Source: an uncultured Methanoregula sp.
GTDB lineage: Archaea > Halobacteriota > Methanomicrobia > Methanomicrobiales > Methanospirillaceae
NCBI GenBank assembly: GCA_964574125.1
Contig: CAZNLI010000005.1
Coordinates: 431-64,430, forward strand
Length of the DNA stretch: 64,000 nt
Reading direction: 5' to 3'
The stretch's first letter is position 1. Each line of letters begins with the position of its first letter. Below, in pieces: positions 53,004 to 61,015 of the stretch. The notes under the pieces are model-generated. The model searched no databases. It had not been told where the DNA came from and saw nothing but the letters and a program-made list of their open reading frames with translations. Position numbers and translations under genes: made by a program.

Positions 53004-53783
53004 ATGGAGCCACGTGCAATTGCGACAATAACCGTTCTTCCGGGGAAAGCCCGTGACGGCAGCAGGGAAACGTTTGAGAAGATAACGATCCAGGGCGGGG
53101 ATATGATCTCGATTGTCGGCCCGACCGGTTCCGGAAAGACCGCGTTTATCAATGACATCGAAGTCTTTGCATGGGAAGACACGGTCACCGGGCGGACAAT
53201 CCTTGTTGACGGAGAAGTTCCCCCGGACGATATTGTCCGCGACCCGGCAAGAAAACCGATTGCACTGATTACCCAGAATACCAAGTGCCTCGCCGACCTC
53301 ATGGTCCGGGAATTTCTTGAGATGCACGTGAAAGCCCGGAAGATTGCGGATGAGTCCCGCACAGAGAGCACGATTGCTCTCGCAAACGAGTTTACCGGTG
53401 AAAAAATTGCCGAGAGCATGCGGATGACTGCGCTCTCCGGGGGCCAGACCCGAGCACTCCTGATCGCCGATGCCATCGCGGTCAGCGCCGCCCCCATCAT
53501 CCTCCTCGACGAAGTGGAGAGCGGGGGGATCTTCAAGGAAAAGGTGATACAGTCTTTAAAAAGCAAGGGAAAGGCGGTCATCTTCGTCACCCACGACCCC
53601 ATCCTCGCCCTGCTTACCGACCGGCGGATTGTGATGAAGAACGGGGCGGTGGAAAAAATCATAGAACCGGAGGGACGGGAAGACGAGACCCTTGCCGAGA
53701 TCTCGGCAATGGACGCGGTCCTCTCATCGATGCGGGAGCGGCTCCGTGCGGGCGACCTCCTTCTCAGGCGGGGGGGATGCTGA
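53004..53783 (+). CDS. orphan single-cassette ABC-type ATPase (no cognate permease nearby)
   Basis: Walker A GPTGSGKT, Q-loop ITQN, signature LSGGQ, Walker B ILLDEVE, H-loop VTHD. 7-nt overlap with the next gene. Confidence 0.85.
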   Translation: MEPRAIATITVLPGKARDGSRETFEKITIQGGDMISIVGPTGSGKTAFINDIEVFAWEDTVTGRTILVDGEVPPDDIVRDPARKPIALITQNTKCLADLMVREFLEMHVKARKIADESRTESTIALANEFTGEKIAESMRMTALSGGQTRALLIADAIAVSAAPIILLDEVESGGIFKEKVIQSLKSKGKAVIFVTHDPILALLTDRRIVMKNGAVEKIIEPEGREDETLAEISAMDAVLSSMRERLRAGDLLLRRGGC

Positions 53784-54490
53784 TGAAACTCCTCATCTTT
53801 GCCGGCCCCCCGAGCGCCGGCAAGACGGCGGTCGTCCGACAGGTGATCCGGCAGTTCCATGGCGAGCTGAAGATTGCATTCCTGAAGATCGATGTCGTTC
53901 GGGCGTTTGAGGACGAGGAACTCTCACGGGAATTTTCGATCCCTGCCCGGAAAGTGTACTCGGGTGACATGTGCCCTGACCACACCGGGATAATGGTGCT
54001 CCGCGACGCCATCACCTGGGCTGAGGACCTTGGGGCCGGCATGCTCATCGTCGAGAGTGCCGGGCTCTGTCTCCGCTGCACCCCATACACGACCCAAGCC
54101 CTTGGCATCGTGACGTTGTCGGCGGTCGGGGGCGTGAACAGCCCCCTCAAGATGGCGCCGATGATCGCGCTTGCAGATATCGCGGTCGTAACCAAGACTG
54201 ATCTCATATCCCAGGCAGAAAAGGAGGTCTTCCGGGAGAAGGTCCGGGTGGTGGCGCCCTCCGTTGACATCATCGAAACGAACGCCATCCAGGGCACAGG
54301 CCTCCGGTACCTGATGAAGGCAATCCATGCTGCCCCGGAGATTAATGACCCGGATACGATCGTCCTCCGGGGGACCCCTCCGCTTGGAGTCTGCACGATC
54401 TGTGTCGGCAAGAAGGAGATCGGCTGGCAGCACCATTTCGGCGTTGTGCAGAACCTGGAAGGGGCTGACGACCTGTACCGGGGGGACTGA
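53777..54490 (+). CDS. G3E-family (HypB/UreG/CobW-like) P-loop GTPase, atypical
   Basis: 'LIFAGPPSAGKT' P-loop, 'VESAGLCLRCTP' (ExxG with Cys pair), 'VVTKTDL' ((N/T)KxD). C-terminal 'GVCTICVGKKE'. Confidence 0.7.
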   Translation: MLMKLLIFAGPPSAGKTAVVRQVIRQFHGELKIAFLKIDVVRAFEDEELSREFSIPARKVYSGDMCPDHTGIMVLRDAITWAEDLGAGMLIVESAGLCLRCTPYTTQALGIVTLSAVGGVNSPLKMAPMIALADIAVVTKTDLISQAEKEVFREKVRVVAPSVDIIETNAIQGTGLRYLMKAIHAAPEINDPDTIVLRGTPPLGVCTICVGKKEIGWQHHFGVVQNLEGADDLYRGD

Positions 54491-54497
54491 GAGCCTT

Positions 54498-55370
54498 ATG
54501 GTGTGGGAGCCCCCCGGCAAAGACTGCGGGGCGTGCGGCAGCAAAACCTGCCGGGAATTCATCGGGTTTGCACGTTCCGGGAAAAAAGATCTTGCTGACT
54601 GCCCGAACTACCGGAACCCCGGTGCGGGCGACGAGACCCTGCCGGCGCCCTCTGCATGGACCGGGAAGGATATCTCCGGGTTCGATTACGATTTTGTCCT
54701 GGAGCCGTTCCCCGGCGAACCGTCAGCCCGTAAGCACATCCAGCTCTTCCGGAGCGAGCTCATCGAGAAATGGGGGATCGGGCCGGGAGATATTATCATG
54801 GGGCGCCCGGTCGAGCCGAGCTGCCCCATCCACCATATCCTTCGGGTCCTGAAAGTGGACCCGGTCACCGGGATCATCACCTGTTATGCCGTCGGTCCGT
54901 TCGTTGCCCGGAAGAGTACGAAACTCCATGATGTCCATGCCTACCGCGAGATCGCGATGGAAGGGATGGTTATGGCGGTAAAGCATGAGCCCATGCTCGG
55001 GTTCCGCCAGCGGTTCCTGCCGGCAAACTGTATGCGCCAGATGGTACATTCAGGGGTCATCCAGCTGGCCCTGAAAAAATCGACCGGTATGCATGTCCGG
55101 ATCGAGGAGATCCAGATGCATGGCAAACGGGAGAAACTCAAGGACGTCACCATCCGGCCAGGCGACGCGGTCTCGATCAAGGATGAGGAAGGGTCCCAAA
55201 AGACTGTCGTCATCGGCGGGATCGATGTCCTCACCAACGAGGGTGTGAGAATAACCCGGAATATGGGTGATGAGGACCGTGGGAAAGGTTCAGGAGGCGG
55301 CCACAGTCACCGTCATGACGGGAGCGGAGGAGGACGCGGGCGCCGGCATCATCACGATGACGATGACTGA
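54498..55370 (+). CDS. Fe-S-cluster-domain (PF04060-like) protein with His/Asp-rich C-terminal tail
   Basis: N-terminal 'DCGACGSKTCREFIGFARSGKKDLADCP' matches the CxxCGxxxC...CP motif of RnfB/CdhE N-termini. C-terminus 'GGGHSHRHDGSGGGRGRRHHHDDDD'. Start at ATG 54498 within track ORF 54327..55370. Confidence 0.65.
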   Translation: MVWEPPGKDCGACGSKTCREFIGFARSGKKDLADCPNYRNPGAGDETLPAPSAWTGKDISGFDYDFVLEPFPGEPSARKHIQLFRSELIEKWGIGPGDIIMGRPVEPSCPIHHILRVLKVDPVTGIITCYAVGPFVARKSTKLHDVHAYREIAMEGMVMAVKHEPMLGFRQRFLPANCMRQMVHSGVIQLALKKSTGMHVRIEEIQMHGKREKLKDVTIRPGDAVSIKDEEGSQKTVVIGGIDVLTNEGVRITRNMGDEDRGKGSGGGHSHRHDGSGGGRGRRHHHDDDD

Positions 55371-55402
55371 TGAGCGGGGCCCCTCCAGAATAAATCCGTA
55401 GA

Positions 55403-55669
55403 TCAGGATTTCTGGTCTGAAATCCGGCGGTAATACAAAATACCTTCCGGGGTCAGAAAATAGTAGTTCCCTAATTTTTCCCGGCTTGGCACGGCATTTT
55501 TGATAAAGCCGCTGTCGAGCAGTAATAGCAGGTGCCGGACAAGGTCACTGACATCCATGGCGAAGAAAGCACCGTGGATTGAATTGATGGGCACCTGAAC
55601 GGTGGGGGCTCCCCCTGCGAGGTTATATATTGCCTCTAAGACCCTTTCCTGTTCCCGTGTCAGAATCAT
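55403..55669 (-). CDS. small winged-helix-like protein (hypothetical)
   Basis: 88 aa. 'LTREQERVLEAIYNL...VSDLVRHLLLLLDSGFIK...YFLTPEGILYY' resembles a wHTH fold. Confidence 0.45.
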   Translation of the reverse strand: MILTREQERVLEAIYNLAGGAPTVQVPINSIHGAFFAMDVSDLVRHLLLLLDSGFIKNAVPSREKLGNYYFLTPEGILYYRRISDQKS

Positions 55670-55832
55670 CTGTTTTCCGTACCCTGACGTTTTACGCCGG
55701 CCTTCAAGAATGTTCTCCTGCGATGCACGCGGTAACGGCCTGAATTTATGTCAGCAATTCTGCTCATATCAGATCCGGTTCATTCTGGCCACACCGGGAT
55801 GACAGGAAGGGGAATTACCAGTATGCTGATAG

Positions 55833-56810
55833 TCATTGCAGGATGCGCCCCCTGCCATACCGGAGATAGATCTCGAGGCAGAGGAGGGCAAGAGCGCCAA
55901 GGATGAAGAAGTCCTTGATACTGGTCTCTTCCTTCTCGCGCACGATCTCCTGGTTCAGGTTGGCATAGATCTCGGTAAGTGTCCTGTCATCGACTGATTT
56001 GAAGTATTTTCCCCCGGTCTTTTCCGCTATTGCCTGTAACGTTGCCTCATCCAGTTCTGCGTACTGGGGATTCCCGAGCCAGTCATACCCGGTGATCACC
56101 GGCTGTAAAGAGCCAAGACCGATCGTGAAGACCTGAATTTTTGCCACCCGGGCAAACATTATTGCTTCTTCCGGGGTCACAACGCCGGCATTGTTGACGC
56201 CGTCCGAGAGGAGGAGGATGACGCTCTTCTTATTGGGGATCGACTCTGCCATGTCAATGGCAAGCGCAAGCCCGTCGCCGATGGCGGTCTGGCCGGACCG
56301 TGCCGAGATTGATGAAAGTTTTTCCCGGACCCGGTCCTTGTCTGGGCTTAAGTACGCTGCCGTTGTCGCACCGGATTCAAAGACGACAATGCCGACGTAA
56401 TCTTCGGCGTTGAGGTCGCGGATCAGCAGGTCAGCCGCACTCTTGGCAGATTCGAGACGCGTGGGGGAATAATCGGTCGCCTGCATGCTGCCGGAGTCAT
56501 CGAGAACGAGCACAACGTTGACCCCTTCTTTTGTCTGTTCGAGCGGGATATGGGGGTCGGCAAGACCGATGATAAGGAGTGAAATTATGGCAAGGGCAAT
56601 CCCGAAGGCGAGATGGGTCCGCCTTGATTTCTTTTTGTCACCCAGCACTGATTTTGCAAACGCGAGGCTGGAGAATGCAATCGCCTCCCGTTTTTTCCTC
56701 CCGGTCACCCAGATATACAGCCCGGCAAGGACAGGAACGATAAGGAGACCCAGCAGCCATGTGGGTTCAGAAAATCCTGCCACTGTTCCTCCCCCCGCGG
56801 AGACCAGCAA
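55833..56810 (-). CDS. VWA-domain membrane protein (BatA-like)
   Basis: N-terminal TMs, MIDAS 'VVLVLDDSGSM', 'LLSDGVNNAG', C-terminal TM. Downstream of DUF58 and MoxR. Confidence 0.88.
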   Translation of the reverse strand: MLVSAGGGTVAGFSEPTWLLGLLIVPVLAGLYIWVTGRKKREAIAFSSLAFAKSVLGDKKKSRRTHLAFGIALAIISLLIIGLADPHIPLEQTKEGVNVVLVLDDSGSMQATDYSPTRLESAKSAADLLIRDLNAEDYVGIVVFESGATTAAYLSPDKDRVREKLSSISARSGQTAIGDGLALAIDMAESIPNKKSVILLLSDGVNNAGVVTPEEAIMFARVAKIQVFTIGLGSLQPVITGYDWLGNPQYAELDEATLQAIAEKTGGKYFKSVDDRTLTEIYANLNQEIVREKEETSIKDFFILGALALLCLEIYLRYGRGRILQ

Positions 56811-57660
56811 AGAACCGGTTCAGGATGGGACCATACGGTTCGCTGGTGGAAAGCCTGATATTCCCGATACGGTTCTTTGAAAATTCCGTTTTCAACCGGA
56901 GATCGGTTTCGTTCACGAGCGTACGGTACCGTTCCCGGAATTCTTTGTCAGATGTGTCAATCAGGAGCTGTTCCCCGGTTTCGGGATCTTCGATCTCGAT
57001 GGAACCTGCATTGGGAAGTTCACATTCACAGGGATCGGTGATCCGGATCGCGATGACCTCGTGACGGCGCTTCAGGATCGCAAGGGACCGGATGAATGGC
57101 GGGGAGATGAAATCCGAGAGCATAATGATCGAGCAGCGGCGCGGAAGGATCCGGAAGAGAAAGACTGCCGCCGCAGAAATGTCAGTCTTCCGGGATCCGG
57201 GGGTATGGCTGATGATCGCATTCAGGAGCGAAATAAGGTGCTTCCTGCCACTCTTTGCCGGGATGAACTTCTCCACCCGGTCCGAGATGAGGAGGAGCCC
57301 GACCCGGTCGTTGTTCCGGACCGCGGCGAATGCGAGACCCGCCGCCACCTCGGTGATCTTCCTCTGTTTGGAGACGTCCGACCCGAATTCCCCGGAACCG
57401 GAGATATCGAGGACAAGATAGAATGTCTGGTCCCGCTCTTCATCATACTCCTTCACGAACGGGCGGTTGTACCGGGCGGAGACCTTCCAGTCGATCGCCC
57501 GGACATCGTCGCCCGGTACATACTCCCGGATCTCGGCGAACTCGATCCCCTGGCCCCGGAAGAGAGACCGGTGATGTCCCGCCTGGTCTCCTTCGACGGC
57601 AATCCTGGTTGCAAGGTCGATTGATGCGAGTGTGCGGATGAGTTCCCTGTGATCGTCCAT
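56767..57660 (-). CDS. DUF58-family protein (MoxR-system partner)
   Basis: 'GIEFAEIREYVPGDDVRAIDWKVSARYNRPFVKEYDEERD' is the DUF58 hallmark. Confidence 0.88.
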   Translation of the reverse strand: MDDHRELIRTLASIDLATRIAVEGDQAGHHRSLFRGQGIEFAEIREYVPGDDVRAIDWKVSARYNRPFVKEYDEERDQTFYLVLDISGSGEFGSDVSKQRKITEVAAGLAFAAVRNNDRVGLLLISDRVEKFIPAKSGRKHLISLLNAIISHTPGSRKTDISAAAVFLFRILPRRCSIIMLSDFISPPFIRSLAILKRRHEVIAIRITDPCECELPNAGSIEIEDPETGEQLLIDTSDKEFRERYRTLVNETDLRLKTEFSKNRIGNIRLSTSEPYGPILNRFFAGLRGGRNSGRIF

Positions 57661-57733
57661 CAGGGATCTCCCGCGGAGGCTCTCCGGTGAACACCGTGAG
57701 ACCGGCTCCCCGGACCTGATGCCCGGTATCCGC

Positions 57734-58771
57734 TCATGGGACTTTCACCGTACCGATGATGCGGTCGATGAGGGCGTCCGTTGTGATGCCGTCTGCCTCG
57801 CCTTCATACGTCAGGAGGATCCGGTGCCGCAGGACGTCATGGGCAATCGCCTTGATGTCTTCGGGGATCACGTACCCCCGGCCTTCAAGCAGGGCACGGG
57901 CCTTTCCTGCGAGAACAAGGAAGATGGTAGCCCGTGGCGATGCCCCGAGGGCGATATACCGCGCTTCAGTAAGGCCATAGTCCCCGGGATGCCGGGTTGC
58001 ATCCACAAGTTCCCCAGCGTACCGCTTGATCGCCGGATCTGCGTAAATTTTCTGGACGAACGACTGGATCCCGAGGATCCGGTCCTTCGTGATCACGCAC
58101 CCTGGGACAACGTTCACGCCTTCCGTGAACCGGTCGAGGATCGCAATCTCATCGTCCTTCTTCGGATAGGTCATCAGCACCTTGAACATGAACCGGTCGA
58201 CCTGGGCTTCGGGGAGCGGGTAGGTACCCTCGGATTCGATCGGGTTCTCGGTCGCGAGAACGAAGAAGGGACGGTCGATAGTATGCGTCTCTCCCTGGAT
58301 GGTGACCTGCCGCTCCTGCATCGCTTCGAGGAGCGCGGACTGGACCTTTGGTGGCGCCCGGTTGATCTCGTCGGCAAGGACAAAATGGGCAAAGACCGGC
58401 CCTTTCACAGTGGAGAACGTCCCGTCTTTCTGGTTGTAGATCCGTGTCCCCATGATATCTGCGGGGAGAATGTCGGGCGTGAACTGGATCCGGACAAAAC
58501 TGCAGTCTATGCATTGCGCAAGCGTGCGGATGGTGAGGGTTTTCGCAATACCCGGCACTCCTTCGAGGAGGACGTGGCCGTTGGCACAGAGGGCGATGAG
58601 CAGCCGGTCGATCACGTCCTGCTGGCCGACGATAACCGTTTTCATCTCGGTCCGCACGCTATCGAGAACCTCTGCATAGATCTTTGCCTGTACCGTCAAT
58701 CTGCTGATCTCCTCGTCCATGGGATCACCGTTGTGCTCACTGAAGGATTTCCGGATCCATTCTCCGGTCAA
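57734..58771 (-). CDS. MoxR-family AAA+ ATPase
   Basis: 'LLEGVPGIAKT' Walker A, 'VLADEINRAPPKVQSALLEAMQERQVT' Walker B/sensor. Typical MoxR length. Confidence 0.93.
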   Translation of the reverse strand: MTGEWIRKSFSEHNGDPMDEEISRLTVQAKIYAEVLDSVRTEMKTVIVGQQDVIDRLLIALCANGHVLLEGVPGIAKTLTIRTLAQCIDCSFVRIQFTPDILPADIMGTRIYNQKDGTFSTVKGPVFAHFVLADEINRAPPKVQSALLEAMQERQVTIQGETHTIDRPFFVLATENPIESEGTYPLPEAQVDRFMFKVLMTYPKKDDEIAILDRFTEGVNVVPGCVITKDRILGIQSFVQKIYADPAIKRYAGELVDATRHPGDYGLTEARYIALGASPRATIFLVLAGKARALLEGRGYVIPEDIKAIAHDVLRHRILLTYEGEADGITTDALIDRIIGTVKVP

Positions 58772-59036
58772 CCATCCGGTCTTTATCTAACCGTATTGTT
58801 TGAATGATTTAGCAATATCGTTTCCTTTCCGGTATCGACAACCGATGTTGTAATTATTAGGCACCGGTTTAATCTCGTCGCTATATTTATCGAGGTGGTA
58901 ATCGTGTCTAAACGATTGTTAAACTTATTAAATTTACTTCGAACAAAATGATAAAAATTATATGTAATTGTAACGAGGTATAATTTGAATTTTGTTTACT
59001 GTAAAACACTAACACTTAACAAGGGGTGATACACAT

Positions 59037-60056
59037 ATGGGAAAATGGAATTTGAAAAGTTTAATTACCGTGAGGAAATCCGTTTGTGTGTTTTTTCTAT
59101 TTGTAATTCTCTGCATAACCTTTTGTGCGGCGCTGGATGCGTCCGAGGGCGTTCTTCCCGCAGCGAAGCATATCGATATCAGGATGGCCAATAATCCCGC
59201 CGGCTATTATTTAAAATTCGACGGCGGGGGGCTGAATGCACTCCATGTCACTACAACGACAAGCGAGCCCTACGGACAGGTCACAACATCGGAAGAGCAG
59301 TCCGGTACGTGGTACATATCCGACACCGGCGGGCGGGGATTTTTCGACGATGGCATCCTCATGGTCGGTGTCAACGGCGAGATCCCTGATAATTTCAAGA
59401 TACATGTGCGGTCCAGCGGGTACCAGTGGACCCCGACAGCTGAACTGAATGAACCTCCGACGCTGGAAAATATTACCTATGTTGCAGGAGCAATTGACGA
59501 GACCTTCACGAAAGATCAGTTCATCTACGGTCCCCAGGCATGGAAGCCCGCCGGTGAGAACGCCCCGATGAACTTCCCGATCTTCTACGGGCAGGATACG
59601 AGCGATCCCAACACCAGGGCGAAAATCATCTTTGTCGATCTGAAAGTCGGAGCTCTAGGGCCGAACAGCATGCTCTCGGACCTCACCGACAACGGGATGG
59701 TGAAGGTCGAGTATTCCATCGAAGGCCTCGACACCTATGCGACATTCAACGTGTACGGCTGGTGCAACCAGTCCAACCAGGGGAAAGGGATCAGCTGGAC
59801 GAACCAGCTGGTCGGCGAGGGAAGCAGCGGATATACCGTGATCGGGACCCCGTACGCATCCCATAAATCTGATTTCGCGGTTCAGTCCGGGGGAGCAGTG
59901 CCGCATGAGAACCAGAAGAAGCCCATCAACGTTTCTGGATCGACGGTGGCCGGTGCTTCTTCTCCAGTAACAACGACGACCCAGAAAGCTCCCTCGGGAG
60001 TTCTTGTCTGCTTCGCGGCAGTGGGGATGCTCCTTATCCTGCGGAGAATCCGATGA
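59037..60056 (+). CDS. secreted surface protein, X-Y two-module family, paralog 1 (C-terminal TM anchor)
   Basis: Signal peptide. Module X 'GGGLNALHVTTTTSEPYGQVT...WYISDTGGRGFFDDGILMVGVNG..FKIHVRSSGY'. Module Y 'FIYGPQAWKPAG...IIFVDLKVG...VKVEYSIEGL..FNVYGW..ISWTN'. C-terminal 'VLVCFAAVGMLLILRRIR'. Confidence 0.8.
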   Translation: MGKWNLKSLITVRKSVCVFFLFVILCITFCAALDASEGVLPAAKHIDIRMANNPAGYYLKFDGGGLNALHVTTTTSEPYGQVTTSEEQSGTWYISDTGGRGFFDDGILMVGVNGEIPDNFKIHVRSSGYQWTPTAELNEPPTLENITYVAGAIDETFTKDQFIYGPQAWKPAGENAPMNFPIFYGQDTSDPNTRAKIIFVDLKVGALGPNSMLSDLTDNGMVKVEYSIEGLDTYATFNVYGWCNQSNQGKGISWTNQLVGEGSSGYTVIGTPYASHKSDFAVQSGGAVPHENQKKPINVSGSTVAGASSPVTTTTQKAPSGVLVCFAAVGMLLILRRIR

Positions 60057-61015
60057 GAATGTCGTGGCTGTTATCGGGATGTGAAGCCGGGACAACGGGC
60101 CTGCGAGTTGCAGCGGTACTGGTACTGTTTTTATTTTTTTCGTCAGCAAATCCTGTGACGGCTGCCGCACTGCCGGACTACAACCACATCTTCATTACGG
60201 TTGCAAACGATGAAGCCCCGAAATACAACAGCTTTGGAAACGGGACCTATTACATAAATTTTGAAGGCGAGACCCGGGGGCAGAACGCCCTCCATATCTC
60301 GACAAGTCCTGCCGAGCCCTATGGGCAAGCAACCGTGACCCGGAACCTGTCCGGAACGTTCTATGTCACGGATACCGGAGGGAAATCCTACGAGGATGAC
60401 GTGATCCTGATGATCGCGGTGAACGGGACTGTTCCGGAAAATTTCCGGGTCCATATCACTTCCTCCGGACATGACTGGACGCCGAATACAATCTCCAACC
60501 GTGCCCCGGAGAAAGATACCGTGCAGTACGTGGAGCATGCAGTCGATGAGACATTCTCTGCCACCGATCTCACCTATGGGCCCCAGAACTGGAAGCCCTG
60601 CGGCGGTCCGGGCTATCCGCTCCATGACGGGCAGGACATGAATGACACTGCCAACGCCTTCCGGCTGATGTTTGTCGATCTCAACGTCGGTGTGCTTGGG
60701 ACGAATTTCACTGAATTCCGCGACCGGGGGGCGGTCAGGATCGATTATACCATCGAGAATCCCGGCAGTGCGGTCGTATTCAACGCGTATTCGTTCTGTA
60801 ACCTTTCGAACAACGGCGCAACTATGATCGCGTGGACGAATCGGCTGCAGGGGACCGGCCGTAGCAGCGGATTTTCCGGGTATGTGGTGACCGGTGAGGT
60901 ATCAGGTACTGGAAATGTAAACCCCGACCCGACCCAGGCAGCGATACCGTCTGTCCTGCCCTTGGCAGCAGCCGGAATAGCAGTTGTAATTAAAATAAGA
61001 GGAAAGATATTATGA
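60053..61015 (+). CDS. secreted surface protein, X-Y family, paralog 2 (C-terminal TM anchor)
   Basis: ATGA overlap with paralog 1. 'NALHISTSPAEPYGQAT...FYVTDTGGKSYEDDVILMIAVNG', 'LTYGPQNWKPCG', 'LMFVDLNVG'. C-terminus 'AAIPSVLPLAAAGIAVVIKIRGKIL'. Confidence 0.8.
   Translation: MRMSWLLSGCEAGTTGLRVAAVLVLFLFFSSANPVTAAALPDYNHIFITVANDEAPKYNSFGNGTYYINFEGETRGQNALHISTSPAEPYGQATVTRNLSGTFYVTDTGGKSYEDDVILMIAVNGTVPENFRVHITSSGHDWTPNTISNRAPEKDTVQYVEHAVDETFSATDLTYGPQNWKPCGGPGYPLHDGQDMNDTANAFRLMFVDLNVGVLGTNFTEFRDRGAVRIDYTIENPGSAVVFNAYSFCNLSNNGATMIAWTNRLQGTGRSSGFSGYVVTGEVSGTGNVNPDPTQAAIPSVLPLAAAGIAVVIKIRGKIL

Noticed and set aside
57719-58807. 362-aa plus-strand ORF. Similar long antisense ORFs lie at 8663-9409, 10360-11220, 26204-27211, 27453-28265, 30140-31156, 42943-43731 and 52955-53860.
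   Set aside because: Each lies opposite a gene with strong family motifs (MoxR, ABC-2 permease, COG1470 protein, MfnA, PpsA, SerA, IDDTD protein, ABC ATPase). Each shows the charged or proline-rich shadow-frame composition.
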